From: an uncultured cyanobacterium
GTDB taxonomy: Bacteria > Cyanobacteriota > Cyanobacteriia > PCC-6307 > Cyanobiaceae
Direction of reading: 5' to 3'
Length of the DNA: 64,000 nt
Assembly (NCBI GenBank): GCA_963765575.1
Contig: CAVXWZ010000002.1
Span: 32,001 to 96,000 of the forward strand
The first letter of the stretch is position 1; every line of letters starts with the position of its first letter. The notes under the pieces were generated by a model. The model saw only the letters and a program-made list of their open reading frames with translations, did no database searches and was not told the origin of the DNA. Of this stretch, positions 28,490-39,341 are shown piece after piece. The position numbers and the translations under genes were made by a program.

Positions 28490-29311
28490 CTACGGGCTGG
28501 GGTACGGCTCGGGTGCGTTGAAGTCGTCCAGGTCCGGCAGGGTGGCCGTGTCGCCCATCCAGAACAGTTCGGGCTGCAGGGGGCTCAGCGAGGCGCCGCC
28601 GCCATGCACCTGGGCCACATCGGTGGGCCAGAGCGGCGGGCCGGCCACGGCGGCCTCCAGATCGTTGGCCACCTCGCCCGCCAGCCAGTAGTAGCTGCGA
28701 CCGCGGGGGTCGATGCGGCGCTCGAACTGGTCGGTGTAGCGCCGCACAGCGGTGCGGCACCAGCGCAGGGGGCCGATGCTCTCCGCCGGCCGGGGGGGCA
28801 CGTTGAGGTTGAGCAGGAGCCCCTGGGGCCAGCCGCCGGCGACCATGCGCTCGGCCAGATCGAGGGCCAGGGCTGCCGCCGGCTCGAACTGGCGCCACTG
28901 GAAGTCGGCGCTGCTCACCGCCAGGGCGGGCAGGCCCTCGATCGTGCCCTCCATCGCCGCACTCACGGTGCCGGAATAGAGCACGTCCGTGCCCAGGTTG
29001 GGGCCGTGGTTGATGCCGGAGAGCACCAGATCCGGCCACTCCTCAAGCAGCGAGAAGAGGGCGAGCTTGACGCAGTCGCTGGGGGTGCCGCTGCAGGCCC
29101 AGGCGGTGATGCCGTCGTCGAAGAGCTCATCGGCACGCTCGGCCCGGATCGGCGCCTGCAGGGTGAGGCCATGGCCGGTGGCGGAGCGCTCCTGGTCTGG
29201 ACAGACCACGCTCACCCGGTGGCCGCGGGCATTGGCGGCATTGGCCAGGGTGCGGATCCCGGCGGCAAAGACCCCGTCGTCGTTGCTGATCAGGATCCTC
29301 AGGGGCGCCAT
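28490..29311 (-). CDS. surE: 5'/3'-nucleotidase SurE
   Basis: [34 protein letters not shown]. Confidence 0.96.
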   Translation of the reverse strand: MAPLRILISNDDGVFAAGIRTLANAANARGHRVSVVCPDQERSATGHGLTLQAPIRAERADELFDDGITAWACSGTPSDCVKLALFSLLEEWPDLVLSGINHGPNLGTDVLYSGTVSAAMEGTIEGLPALAVSSADFQWRQFEPAAALALDLAERMVAGGWPQGLLLNLNVPPRPAESIGPLRWCRTAVRRYTDQFERRIDPRGRSYYWLAGEVANDLEAAVAGPPLWPTDVAQVHGGGASLSPLQPELFWMGDTATLPDLDDFNAPEPYPSP

Positions 29312-29367
29312 GGGTTCAGGGGGCTGCTCCGTACAGTCTCCCCCTGGCCAGCAACAGCGGGTTTGTC

Positions 29368-30375
29368 GTGGGCGTGACCGTGTCACTTGAGGATCTCACC
29401 GCCCGGCTGGAGGAGCTGGAGGGCGACGCCGCCCGGGCGATCGCCGGCGCCAGCAGCGCCGCCGATCTGGAGCAGCTGCGCGTGGGTCTGCTGGGCAAGA
29501 AGGGCCGCCTCTCAGCGGTGCTGGGGGCGATGGGCACGCTGTCGGGGCCGGATCGGCCCGTGATCGGCCAGCGCGCCAACGTGCTCAAGCAGCAGCTGCA
29601 GACGCTGCTGGCCGAGCGGCTGGGGGCGGTGAAGTCGGCGGCCCTGGCCGAGCGCCTGGAGCGCGAACGCCTGGACGTCACGGCCCCGAGCCGCTACGTG
29701 CCGGCGGGGCACCGCCACCCGCTGATCAGCACGACCGAGGAGATCGTGGACATCTTCTCCGGCCTCGGCTACCGCGTGTCGGAGGGCCCTGAGATCGAGA
29801 CCGACTACTACAACTTCACCGCCCTCAACATCCCCGAGCACCACCCCGCCCGGGACATGCAGGACACCTTCTACCTCCAGGACGGTCGCCTGCTGCGCAC
29901 CCACACCTCACCGGTGCAGATCCGCCACCTTGAGCACAATCCGCCGCCGGTGCGGGTGATCGCTCCTGGGCGGGTGTACCGCCGCGACGCCGTGGATGCC
30001 ACCCACTCGCCGGTGTTCCACCAGGTGGAGGTGCTGGCGATCGACGAGGGGCTCGCCTTCACCCACCTGCGTGGCACGGTGACGGCCTTTCTGCAGCGCT
30101 TCTTCGGCGACCTGCCGGTGCGCTTCCGCGCCAGCTACTTCCCCTTCACCGAACCCAGCGCCGAGGTGGACGTGCAGTGGCGGGGGCGCTGGCTGGAGGT
30201 GATGGGCTGCGGCATGGTCGATCCGGCGGTGCTCGAGGGCATGGGGCTGGATCCGGAGCGCTGGAGCGGTTTCGCCGCTGGTCTGGGGGTGGAGCGGTTC
30301 TGCATGGTGCGCCACGGCATCGACGACATCCGCCGGCTTTACACCAGCGATCTGCGCTTCCTGGAGCAGTTCTGA
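29368..30375 (+). CDS. pheS: phenylalanine-tRNA ligase alpha subunit
   Basis: [34 protein letters not shown]. Confidence 0.97.
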   Translation: MGVTVSLEDLTARLEELEGDAARAIAGASSAADLEQLRVGLLGKKGRLSAVLGAMGTLSGPDRPVIGQRANVLKQQLQTLLAERLGAVKSAALAERLERERLDVTAPSRYVPAGHRHPLISTTEEIVDIFSGLGYRVSEGPEIETDYYNFTALNIPEHHPARDMQDTFYLQDGRLLRTHTSPVQIRHLEHNPPPVRVIAPGRVYRRDAVDATHSPVFHQVEVLAIDEGLAFTHLRGTVTAFLQRFFGDLPVRFRASYFPFTEPSAEVDVQWRGRWLEVMGCGMVDPAVLEGMGLDPERWSGFAAGLGVERFCMVRHGIDDIRRLYTSDLRFLEQF

Positions 30376-30416
30376 GCACAGCCCATAAACTCAACCAGCT
30401 CCCCGCCCAGCGATCG

Positions 30417-31340
30417 GTGCCCCGCGTCGGACTGATCGTGAATGACGGCAAGACCCTGGCCGTGGACACCGCCGATGCGCTCGAGCAGCGTTTCGACGAC
30501 CACGGCTGGGAAGTGCGCCGGGTGAGCAGCTCCGGCGGCATGGTGGGCTTCGCCAACCCCGACCAGCACCTGCGCAGCCGCGGCTACAGGGCCTGCGTGC
30601 CGACCTGTTTCGGGGAGGAGCTCGATCTGGAGCTGGCGATCGTGCTCGGCGGGGATGGCACCGTGCTCTCGGCGGCGCGCCAGACGGCACCGATCGGCCT
30701 GCCCATCCTCACCATCAACACCGGCCACCTGGGCTTTCTGGCCGAGGCCTACCTGCACCAGCTCGATGGGGCCCTGGAGCAGGTGATCGCCGGCCGCTGG
30801 GCGGTGGAGGAGCGCAGCATGTTGGTGGTGAGCGTGATGCGCAGCGAGCAGCGCCGCTGGGAGGTGCTCTGCCTCAACGAGATGGCCCTGCACCGCGAGC
30901 CGCTCACCTCGATGTGCCACTTCGAGATCGCCATCGGCCGCCACGCCCCGGTGGACATCGCCGCCGACGGCGTGATCCTCTCCACCCCCACCGGCTCCAC
31001 CGCCTATGCCCTCAGTGCCGGCGGCCCGGTGATCACCCCCGACTGCCCGGTGCTGCAACTCACGCCGATCGCGCCCCACTCGCTGGCTTCGCGGGCCCTG
31101 GTGTTCAGCGACCGCGAGCCGGTGACGGTGTTTCCGGCCACACCGGAGCGGCTGATGATGGTGGTGGACGGCAGCGCCGGCTGTTACATCTGGCCCGAGG
31201 ACCGCATCCTGATCCGCCGCAGCGACCATCCGGTGCGCTTCGTGAGGCTGGCCGATCACGAGTTCTTCGGGGTGCTGCGCAACAAGCTCGGCTGGGGCCT
31301 GCCGCACATGGCCAAGCCCGACAACGGGGCCCTGCCTTGA
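30417..31340 (+). CDS. nadK: NAD kinase
   Basis: [34 protein letters not shown]. Confidence 0.94.
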   Translation: MPRVGLIVNDGKTLAVDTADALEQRFDDHGWEVRRVSSSGGMVGFANPDQHLRSRGYRACVPTCFGEELDLELAIVLGGDGTVLSAARQTAPIGLPILTINTGHLGFLAEAYLHQLDGALEQVIAGRWAVEERSMLVVSVMRSEQRRWEVLCLNEMALHREPLTSMCHFEIAIGRHAPVDIAADGVILSTPTGSTAYALSAGGPVITPDCPVLQLTPIAPHSLASRALVFSDREPVTVFPATPERLMMVVDGSAGCYIWPEDRILIRRSDHPVRFVRLADHEFFGVLRNKLGWGLPHMAKPDNGALP

Positions 31341-31999
31341 GCACGGCCCGGCTGCTGCTGCTGGGAGCCGAGGCCGAGGCCCTGGCCCCCCGCCTGAAGG
31401 CCTCGGGCTACGGGCTGGAGCAGGGCCTGGAGCCGATGCAGCCAGCCCCCGATCTGGTGCTGCTGTCGGCGGCGGCGCAGGGGCGCATCCCCGAGCTGCG
31501 CCGCCGCTTCGCCGATGTGCCGCTGCTGCTGGCGGTGGAGGACGACTCGGTGGACGAGCGGGTGCGCTGCCTGAGCGCCGGCGCCGACGACTTCTGGCTG
31601 CCGGGGCTGGGGCCCAGCGACCTGCTGATGCGGGTGCGGCTGCAGCTCAGGCTGCGCCAGCGCAGCGGCCTGCCCTCGGCCCTGCTGCGGTTGGCCGACC
31701 TCAGCCTCAATCCCAGCAACCGCCAGGTGAAGCGCGGCAACCGGACGGTGGCCCTCACCGCCCGGGAATACCAGCTGCTGCTGTTGCTGCTCGAGCGCCA
31801 GGGGACGGTGGTGAGCCGCGAGCAGATCCTGCGCCAGGTGTGGAAGGACGATCGCGGCATGGCCAGCAACGTGATCGAGGTGTATGTGCGCTACCTGCGC
31901 CAGAAGCTGGAGCAGGAGGACGAGCGGCGCCTGATCCACACGATCCGCGGCCGGGGTTACTGCCTCAGCGCCGGCCTTCCCCAAATCGATGCGCCCTGA
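31337..31999 (+). CDS. OmpR-family regulator with degenerate receiver (NblR-like)
   Basis: Winged helix LTAREYQLL...[25 protein letters not shown]; positioned between the NAD kinase and DUF192 genes; TTG start. Confidence 0.85.
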   Translation: MSTARLLLLGAEAEALAPRLKASGYGLEQGLEPMQPAPDLVLLSAAAQGRIPELRRRFADVPLLLAVEDDSVDERVRCLSAGADDFWLPGLGPSDLLMRVRLQLRLRQRSGLPSALLRLADLSLNPSNRQVKRGNRTVALTAREYQLLLLLLERQGTVVSREQILRQVWKDDRGMASNVIEVYVRYLRQKLEQEDERRLIHTIRGRGYCLSAGLPQIDAP

Positions 32000-32510
32000 A
32001 CCTGGGGCCGTCCTGGTGCTGGTGGCGGCTGGCCTGGCGCCCCTGGTCCACCTGGCGCCCGTGCGGGCCCAGGGGCCACCCCAGGTGCTGCCGATCACGG
32101 CCCGCTGGTGCCTCACGCCGCAGCGCTGCATCCAGCTGGAGGTGGCCGACACCCCGCGCCGCCAGGCCCTGGGCCTGCAGCTGCGCCCGCCGCTGCCGCC
32201 GTTGCGGGGCATGTGGTTCCCCTACGACCCGCCGGCGCCGGCACGGTTCTGGATGCACCGCACACCCGCCCCGCTGGACATGCTGTTCGTGCGCGGGGGC
32301 CGGGTGCTGGCGATCGCAGCCCACACCCAGCCCTGCATGCGTCTGCCCTGCCCCAGCTACGGCCCGCCGGACGCGGTGGAGGGGGTGATCGAGCTGGCGG
32401 CCGGGGAGGCGGAGCGGCTGGGCATCGAGCCCGGCACGGCAGTGCGCATCGAACCGCTCGCCGGCGGGGCCATCAAGGGCGGCGGCCCGCCAGCACCAGC
32501 ACGGGATTGA
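31989..32510 (+). CDS. DUF192 family exported protein
   Basis: LEVADT, GMWF, FWMHRT..PLDMLF, VIELAAG. Confidence 0.87.
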   Translation: MRPEPGAVLVLVAAGLAPLVHLAPVRAQGPPQVLPITARWCLTPQRCIQLEVADTPRRQALGLQLRPPLPPLRGMWFPYDPPAPARFWMHRTPAPLDMLFVRGGRVLAIAAHTQPCMRLPCPSYGPPDAVEGVIELAAGEAERLGIEPGTAVRIEPLAGGAIKGGGPPAPARD

Positions 32511-33729
32511 GCGGGGCCAGGCGCGTCCCGTCCGCCAGGGGCGCACCGCGCCAGGCCTGCAGCTGGGACACCACCAGCGCCAGACCGCCGGCCTCCAGCA
32601 GCGGTCTGAGCTCGGCCAGGGCCTCCAGCGTGGCCAGGGGAATCACCACCACCCCGCCGGGCCGCAACCTCGCCAGCACCAGCTCCAGAATCGCCTGCCG
32701 CTGGCGGCCGCCGCCGCCGATCAGCACCCGGTCGGGATCGGGCAAGTCGGCCAGGGCCTCGGGGGCGCGGCCCTCCAGCACCGCCGCTGGGCGCACCCCC
32801 AAGCGGGCCGCATTGGCGGCGATCAGCGCCTGGGCGCCGCCGCGGGCCTCCAGGGCCCACAGCTGCAGCTGGGGCCGCAGGCGCAGGGCCTCCAGACCCA
32901 CCGATCCCACCCCGGCGCCGATGTCCCAGAGCACACCGCGGGCCGGCAGGTCGAGCTCGGCCAGCAGCTGCACGCGCACCTCCCGCTTGGTCATCAGCCC
33001 GGGGCGGTCGGGGTGCTGCAGAAACAGGCCATCGGCCAGACCGAACAGGGGCAGCCGGGCTGGATCGACGGGCGCGGCAGGGGCGGCGACCAGCAGCACC
33101 AGGTGCAGCGGGTCGAGGTCGCTGGGCAGGGGGTCGGCCGGCGCCAGCCGCAGCACCCGCTCGGCCGGATGGCCCAGGCGCTCGCACAGCCACAGGCCGT
33201 AGGCGTCCTCGAGGCCGGAGGCCGCCAGCAGGCGCCGCACCGCCTCGGCCCCGCCCCGGTCGGGATCGGTGAGCACCGCCAGCGCCGGCGGCCGCTTCTG
33301 CAACGCCGCCGCCAGCGGTTCCGGATCCCGGCCGTGCAGGCTGATCCAGCTGGCGTCCTGCCAGGGCCGGCCGAGGCGGGCGAAGGCCAGCTGCAGGGAA
33401 CTGGGGGCCGGGTGAAAGCGCAGCTCGGAGGCCGCGAAGGCCGCCAGCAGCTGGCGGCCGATGCCGAACCAGAGCGGATCGCCGCTGGCCAGCACCACGC
33501 AGGAGCGGCCCTGGCGGCGGGCCACCCGCAACTGCTCCGCCAGCGCTCCGGGCCGGTCGCTGGCCGTCAGCTCGGCGCCAGGCAGCTCAGCGCTGAGCGC
33601 GCTCAGCAGCCGCCGCGGCGCCGCCACCAGCTCGGCGCCCTCCACCAAAGCCCGCAGCGCCGGCGCCAGGCTGGCCAGGCCGCCGGCATCGCAGCCCACC
33701 ACCTCGATCCAGCTGTCGCTGCCGCTCAG
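32473..33729 (-). CDS. cbiET: precorrin-6Y C5,15-methyltransferase (decarboxylating) CbiE/CbiT fusion; start uncertain
   Basis: LASGDPLWFGIG, SLHGR, MTKREVR, WDIGAGVGSV. Confidence 0.9.
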   Translation of the reverse strand: MSGSDSWIEVVGCDAGGLASLAPALRALVEGAELVAAPRRLLSALSAELPGAELTASDRPGALAEQLRVARRQGRSCVVLASGDPLWFGIGRQLLAAFAASELRFHPAPSSLQLAFARLGRPWQDASWISLHGRDPEPLAAALQKRPPALAVLTDPDRGGAEAVRRLLAASGLEDAYGLWLCERLGHPAERVLRLAPADPLPSDLDPLHLVLLVAAPAAPVDPARLPLFGLADGLFLQHPDRPGLMTKREVRVQLLAELDLPARGVLWDIGAGVGSVGLEALRLRPQLQLWALEARGGAQALIAANAARLGVRPAAVLEGRAPEALADLPDPDRVLIGGGGRQRQAILELVLARLRPGGVVVIPLATLEALAELRPLLEAGGLALVVSQLQAWRGAPLADGTRLAPLNPVLVLAGRRP

Positions 33730-33780
33730 CGTCCCGCCGCCAGTGCCGCCATGATGCCCACCCGGACGGTGCCCCAGCCC

Positions 33781-34008
33781 ATGAGTGACCGCCGCCAGCG
33801 GCTGCATGAGCTGGTGCTGGCCCTGATCCAGCACCAGCACGACCTCGAACTTTTCGACGGCGACCACGACGGCAGCGCAGCGGGCGGCCTCGATGCGGCC
33901 AGCTGGCTGGAGCGCAACCGGCGGCTGGTGCAGCGCTATCAGGCCCTGGTGCGCACCGCCGTCACCCTCGATGCCCTGATCGATCAGGAGCAGGCGAGCC
34001 ATCTCTGA
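33781..34008 (+). CDS. small conserved hypothetical protein
   Basis: MSDRRQRLHELVLALI...YQALVRTAVTLDALIDQE; coding-like codons; fills the gap before the GH116 gene. Confidence 0.65.
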   Translation: MSDRRQRLHELVLALIQHQHDLELFDGDHDGSAAGGLDAASWLERNRRLVQRYQALVRTAVTLDALIDQEQASHL

Positions 34009-34054
34009 CAAGCTGGCCCCACGGTTCCAGCCAGCACCCCCTGTCGTCCTGCCC

Positions 34055-36580
34055 ATGGCGCGCCTCGGCATCCCCGCGCTCACGTCCCTGTTGAGCGGCG
34101 GCCGCAGGGGCTGGCAACCTCCAGCCGCCAGCTGGCAGCGACGCTTCGGGCTGGGCTGGGAGCGGCCCTACACGGTGCGCTACGCCAGCAACCTGGACGA
34201 CGGCCCCAACCACGGCATGCCCCTGGGGGGTCTGGGGGCCGGCTGCATCGGCCGCGCCCCCGACGGCAACGTCAACCTCTGGCACCTGGATGGGGGCGAG
34301 CACTGGTTCGGCACCATTCCCGACTGCCAGTTCGCCCTGTTCGAGAGCGATGGCCAGCAGTCACGGGCCCATGCCCTGGCGGTGCAGCCCGAGCGGGACG
34401 CCTCCCGCCCCGAGGCCGGCCCGCCCCTGGAGGCCTGGAGCTGGTACCCAGCCAGCAGCGCCGAGCGCAGCACCGGCACCTACAGCGCCCGCTACCCCCT
34501 CAGCGCCAGCCAGTACAGCGGCGTGTTCAACGCCGAGCTGAGCTGCACCGCCTTCAGCCCGGTGCTGCCGGGCGACTACCAGCGCAGCAGCTACCCGGTG
34601 GCGGTGTTCGAGTGGACGCTGCGCAACCCCACGCGCCAGCCCCTGGAGCTGTCGCTGCTGCTGAGCTGGCGCAACACCACGGGCTGGTTCACCAACACCG
34701 ACCCCACAGCAGCCGTCAAGTTCCGCGACGACGGCAGCCCCGAGCACAACTACGTGCCGGCGATCGGCCGCAGCGACGCTCAGCGCAACCGCTGGGTGGA
34801 GGCGCCGGGGCTGAAGGGAGTGCTGCTGGAGGGCGAACGCAGCGAGCCGGTGGCCGAGGGCCAGGGCCAGTGGTGCATCGCCACCGACGCCGGCCTGGAA
34901 GACCGCCATCCCGGCCTGCGCATCCTGCGCTGCAGCCGCTGGAACCCCGCCGGTGACGGCAGCGAGATCTGGGAGCCGTTCGCCGCCACGGGCACCATCC
35001 CCGACAGCGACAACGACCGCCACAGTCAGCACGACGATCCCGCCAGCGCCGCCCTGGTGGTGCGCTTCCGGCTGGAGCCCGGCCAGAGCCTGGAGATCCC
35101 GCTGGTGATCAGCTGGGATCTGCCGGTCACGGCCTTCGCCAGCGGCAGCCGGGCGCTGCGCCGCTACACCGACTTCTTCACCGCCGGCGGCGACAACGCC
35201 GCCGCCATCGCCGCCGAGGCCCTGCGCGACCACCACGACTGGCACAGCCGCATCGAGGCCTGGCAGCGGCCGGTGCTGGAGCGCACGGATCTGCCCGAGC
35301 CGGTCCGCATGGCCCTGTTCAACGAGCTCTACGACCTGGCCTCAGGCGGCACGCTCTGGTCCGCGGCCAGCCCGGAGGATCCCGTGGGCCGCTTCGGGGT
35401 GCTCGAGTGCTTCGACTACGCCTGGTACGAAAGCCTCGATGTGCGCCTCTACGGCTCCTTCGCCCTGCTGCAGCTGTGGCCGGAGCTGGATCGCAGCGTG
35501 CTGCGCAGCTTCGCCCGCGCCATCCCCGCCGCCGATGCCACCCTGCGGCCGATCGGCTGGTATTTCACCCAGGGGCGGGGCCGGGTGGAGGCGCCCCGCA
35601 AGCTGGTGGGGGCGACGCCCCACGACCTGGGCGCGCCGAATGAGCGCCCCTGGGACGCCAGCAACTACACCGCCTACCAGGACTGCAACCTCTGGAAGGA
35701 CCTGGCCAGCGACTTCGTGCTGCAGGTGTGGCGCAGCGTCCGTTGCGCCCCCGATGGCGAGGACCTGCGCTTCCTGGCGGACTGCTGGCCGGCGGCGGTG
35801 CAGGCCCTGCGCTATCTGAAGCAGTTTGATGTCAACGACGACGGCCTGCCGGACAACGGCGGCGCCCCGGATCAGACCTTCGACGACTGGCCCCTGCAGG
35901 GCGTGAGCGCCTACTGCGGCGCCCTCTGGATCGCCGCCCTGGAGGCGGCGCTGGCCATGGGCCAGCGGCTGCAGCTGGAGCTGGGGCTGGACACCTCCGG
36001 CGAGCAGCGCCAGTTCGGCCGCTGGCTGGAGCAGAGCCGCGCCAACTTCGACCAGTTGCTCTGGAACGGCGAGTACTACGCCATCGACGCCGGCAGCGAC
36101 ACGCCGGTGGTGATGGCCGACCAGCTCTGCGGCGACTTCTATGCCCGCCTGCTGGGCCTGCCGCCGGTGGTGGCCGACGACCGCGCCCGCTCGGCCCTGA
36201 CGGCGATCCGCGAGGCCTGCTTCGAGCGTTTCGAGGGCGGCCGGCTGGGGGTGGCCAACGGTCTGCGCCGCGACGGCAGCCCCCTCGATCCCAACGGCAC
36301 CCACCCCCTGGAGGTGTGGACCGGCATCAACTTCGGCCTGGCCGCCTACTACCGGCTGATGGGCGACACGGACACCGCCCTGGCGATCACCGGCGCCGTG
36401 GTGGAGCAGGTGTACGGCGGCGGCCTGCAGTTCCGCACCCCGGAAGCGATCACGGCCGCGGGCACCTTCCGGGCCTGCCACTACCTGCGGGCCATGGCGA
36501 TCTGGGCCCTCTGGGCCACCCACACCGACTGGCAGGCGATCCCCGGTGCCGACCAGCCGGCCCGCAGCAGCGGAGGCTGA
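34055..36580 (+). CDS. glycoside hydrolase family 116 (GBA2-like beta-glucosidase)
   Basis: GMPLGGLGAGCIGR, LECFDYAWYESLDV, PHDLG, DQTFDDW, EVWTG, FRTPEA, YLRAMAIW. Confidence 0.9.
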   Translation: MARLGIPALTSLLSGGRRGWQPPAASWQRRFGLGWERPYTVRYASNLDDGPNHGMPLGGLGAGCIGRAPDGNVNLWHLDGGEHWFGTIPDCQFALFESDGQQSRAHALAVQPERDASRPEAGPPLEAWSWYPASSAERSTGTYSARYPLSASQYSGVFNAELSCTAFSPVLPGDYQRSSYPVAVFEWTLRNPTRQPLELSLLLSWRNTTGWFTNTDPTAAVKFRDDGSPEHNYVPAIGRSDAQRNRWVEAPGLKGVLLEGERSEPVAEGQGQWCIATDAGLEDRHPGLRILRCSRWNPAGDGSEIWEPFAATGTIPDSDNDRHSQHDDPASAALVVRFRLEPGQSLEIPLVISWDLPVTAFASGSRALRRYTDFFTAGGDNAAAIAAEALRDHHDWHSRIEAWQRPVLERTDLPEPVRMALFNELYDLASGGTLWSAASPEDPVGRFGVLECFDYAWYESLDVRLYGSFALLQLWPELDRSVLRSFARAIPAADATLRPIGWYFTQGRGRVEAPRKLVGATPHDLGAPNERPWDASNYTAYQDCNLWKDLASDFVLQVWRSVRCAPDGEDLRFLADCWPAAVQALRYLKQFDVNDDGLPDNGGAPDQTFDDWPLQGVSAYCGALWIAALEAALAMGQRLQLELGLDTSGEQRQFGRWLEQSRANFDQLLWNGEYYAIDAGSDTPVVMADQLCGDFYARLLGLPPVVADDRARSALTAIREACFERFEGGRLGVANGLRRDGSPLDPNGTHPLEVWTGINFGLAAYYRLMGDTDTALAITGAVVEQVYGGGLQFRTPEAITAAGTFRACHYLRAMAIWALWATHTDWQAIPGADQPARSSGG

Positions 36581-36588
36581 AGCGTCCG

Positions 36589-37089
36589 ATGTCGATCGGC
36601 CTTCGCAGCGTCCTGAGCACCGCCCTCGTGCTGGTGTGGCTGCTGGGCGGCCTGGTGCTGGCGCCGGCACCGGCCGCGGCCCAGCTCCATGGCCACAGCG
36701 ACGAGCGCGGTCAGCCGGTGCTGCGCAGCCTCGAGAGCCTGCGCGATCTGGACGATCAGAGCTGGCAGCTGGTGGCCTATCGGCAGGGCCCGCCAGGGGG
36801 GCCCCTGACGCTGCGGGTGGTGGGCTATCCAGGCAAGGTGCGACTCGAACACCCCACCCAGCTGACGGCGTGCGGCGGGCGCCAGTGCTGGCAGCTGGCC
36901 GACACCACCCTGGCCAATCCCCAGCTGGCCGCTGATGGGCGCTCGGCCGCCGCCGAATTCGACCTGGCGCCGTTGATCACAGACCTCAACCGCAGCCGCC
37001 CCCTGCGGCTGGCGCTGCCGGGGGTGTTCACGGAGCTACCGGTGCCGCCCTTCGTGGTGGGCGAATGGCGCTCACTGGAGCAGGGCTGA
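36589..37089 (+). CDS. DUF3122 family exported protein
   Basis: Signal peptide, RSLESLRDLD..SWQLVAY, LRVVGYPG, VPPFVVGEW. Confidence 0.8.
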   Translation: MSIGLRSVLSTALVLVWLLGGLVLAPAPAAAQLHGHSDERGQPVLRSLESLRDLDDQSWQLVAYRQGPPGGPLTLRVVGYPGKVRLEHPTQLTACGGRQCWQLADTTLANPQLAADGRSAAAEFDLAPLITDLNRSRPLRLALPGVFTELPVPPFVVGEWRSLEQG

Positions 37090-37108
37090 GGCCGGCGCGC
37101 GCGGGGCC

Positions 37109-38143
37109 TCAGCCACCATTGCCGTCGCTCGATACCCCCGGGGCCGGCCCCCAGCGGTCACGCTCCCAATGGATCACCATGCCGGCCACCGGCACGGCCA
37201 GGAAGATCCCCAGCAGGCCGGCGAAGCGTTCGCCGAGGAACAGGGCCAGAAACACCACCAGCGGTGGAATCGAGAGCACCCGGCCCATCACCCGGGGCTG
37301 CAGCAGGTTGTCCTGCAGCTGCTGCAGCAGCACCGACACCCCCGCCACCGCCAGCGCCACCGCGAAGCCCTGGGTGGCCAGGGCCACCAGGCTGATGGTG
37401 ATCACCCCGAGCGTGGCGCCGATCCCCGGAATCGCGTCGAGGACCCCCACCACCAGGGCCAGGAGCAGGGCGAACTTCACCCCCAGCAGGCTGAAGGCCA
37501 GCAGGCTGGTGGTGGTGAGAAACACCACCAGGGTCATCTGGCCGCGCAGGAAACCGAGCACGTTGCGGCGCACGCTGCGGTGCAGCCGGCCGCGCAGCCG
37601 CGGCGGCAGCAGCTGCAGCAGGGCCCGCCACAGCCGGCCATTGTCCACCAGCATGTAGATCGTGAGCACCACCAGGATCACCAGCCCGAGCACGTTGCCC
37701 ACGGCGCCGCCCAGCACGCCGATGCCGGTGTCGAAGTTGGAGCGCACCAGGTCGATCACCCGCTCCAGGTCGAGCTGATCGAGGTAGGTGCTGAGCCTGC
37801 CGCGCAGAGGCAGCTGGGGATCGTCCATCACCGTCTCCAGCTGGGCCAGCAACTGGCTGGCCTGGCTCACCAGCTGCAGGCCCAGCAGCCAGGCCAGCCC
37901 CAGCCCGGCCGCCAGGGCCCCGATCACCGCCAGGGCGATGGCCAGGGGCCGCGCCATCACCCGGCTCAACCAGCACACCGGCCCATTCAGCAGCACCGCC
38001 AACACCGCCGCGGCGCTGAACAGCAGCAGCACCACCTGAAAGGTGGCGATCACCTGCATGGCGGCCCAGCCGCTGGCCACCAGCAACAGAAACCGCAGCA
38101 GCTGGGAATTGGAGGGAAGCTGCCGCTCCTCCCGGGGGGTCAT
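37109..38143 (-). CDS. AI-2E family transporter
   Basis: Multi-TM; FLRGQ, IPGIGA, QQLQDNLLQPRVMG, GLLGIFLAVP. Confidence 0.88.
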   Translation of the reverse strand: MTPREERQLPSNSQLLRFLLLVASGWAAMQVIATFQVVLLLFSAAAVLAVLLNGPVCWLSRVMARPLAIALAVIGALAAGLGLAWLLGLQLVSQASQLLAQLETVMDDPQLPLRGRLSTYLDQLDLERVIDLVRSNFDTGIGVLGGAVGNVLGLVILVVLTIYMLVDNGRLWRALLQLLPPRLRGRLHRSVRRNVLGFLRGQMTLVVFLTTTSLLAFSLLGVKFALLLALVVGVLDAIPGIGATLGVITISLVALATQGFAVALAVAGVSVLLQQLQDNLLQPRVMGRVLSIPPLVVFLALFLGERFAGLLGIFLAVPVAGMVIHWERDRWGPAPGVSSDGNGG

Positions 38144-38211
38144 GGGGATCGGCCGGATGCCATGCCCACCCTGACCGAACCCGGCGGCGCTGTTGCGTCA
38201 GGCTGGTCACC

Positions 38212-39341
38212 ATGACAGCCGACACCCCTTGCCCCGAGCCAGACCAGGCGCGCTGGCGGCCCTGGATGCGGCGGGCCCTGCAGCTGGCGGCCCTGGCCAG
38301 GGGACACACCAGCCCCAATCCGCTGGTGGGGGCGGTGCTGCTCGATGCCCACGGCACGCTTGTGGGTGAGGGCTTCCATGCCCGCGCCGGCGAGCCCCAT
38401 GCCGAGGTGATGGCCCTGCGCCAGGCCGGCGGCCGGGCCCGCGGCGGCACCCTGGTGGTGACCCTGGAGCCCTGCTGCCACCAGGGGCGCACCCCCCCTG
38501 CAGCGCCGCGGTGATCCAGGCCGGCATCCGCCGGGTGGTGCTGGCCATGGCCGACCCCAATCCGCAGGTGAACGGTGGCGGCAGCGCCGCGCTGGCCGCC
38601 GCCGGGGTGGAGGTGATCAGCGGCGTGTGCGCAGCCGAGGCCCGGGCCCTCAACGCCGCCTTCCTGCACCGCCTGGCCAGCGCACGGCCCCTGGGAATTC
38701 TCAAGTGGGCCATGGGCGTGGATGGCCGCACCGCCCTCGACAACGGCGCCAGCCAGTGGATCAGCGGCCCGCAGGCGCGGCAGTGGGTGCATGAGCTGCG
38801 CAGCCGCTGCGACGCCGTGATCGTGGGTGGCGGCACCGTGCGCGCCGACGATCCCCTGCTCACCAGCCGCGGCCGGCGCCAGCCCGAACCGTTGCGCGTG
38901 GTGCTCAGCCGCAGCCTCAACCTGCCCCCCCATGCCCGCCTCTGGGAGCGGGGCGAGGCCCCCACCCTGGTGGCCCACGGCGTGGGGGCCGCACCGCGGG
39001 CCCGCTTCCAGCTCGATGAGCGCGGCGTGGAGCGGCTGCTGTTGCCGGCCTGCACGCCGCGGGCCCTGCTGGAGGCCCTGGCCCAGCGGGGCTGCAACCA
39101 GGTGCTGTGGGAATGCGGGCCCGAGCTGGCTGCCGCCGCCATGGCCGAGGGCTGCGTGCAGCGGATCGCCGCCGTGATCGCCCCCAGAGTGATGGGTGGC
39201 ACTCCCGCCCACACACCCCTGGGCGATCTGGGTTTCACTGCCATGAGCCAGGTGCCGCACTGGCGGGGCATGGATTCGCAAGCTCTCGGCTGCGACCTGC
39301 TCTGGCAGCTGCAGGCCCCCCAACCGAGAGCCCATGCCTGA
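38212..39341 (+). CDS. ribD: riboflavin biosynthesis deaminase/reductase; frameshift in the C7 run at about 38492-38498
   Basis: TSPNPLVG, HAE and TLEPCCHQGRTPP in the first frame; SQWISG, GTVRADDP and ECG in the second. Confidence 0.9.

Noticed and set aside
6075..32317. HIP1 (GCGATCGC) as a dominant repeat
   Set aside because: Only scattered copies noticed by eye (e.g. 6075, 17961, 32310); enrichment cannot be claimed without a count against expectation
38492..38514. Programmed frameshift or natural split of ribD
   Set aside because: The break falls inside the deaminase Zn-binding motif region at a C homopolymer, and similar breaks recur in unrelated genes, so error is more parsimonious
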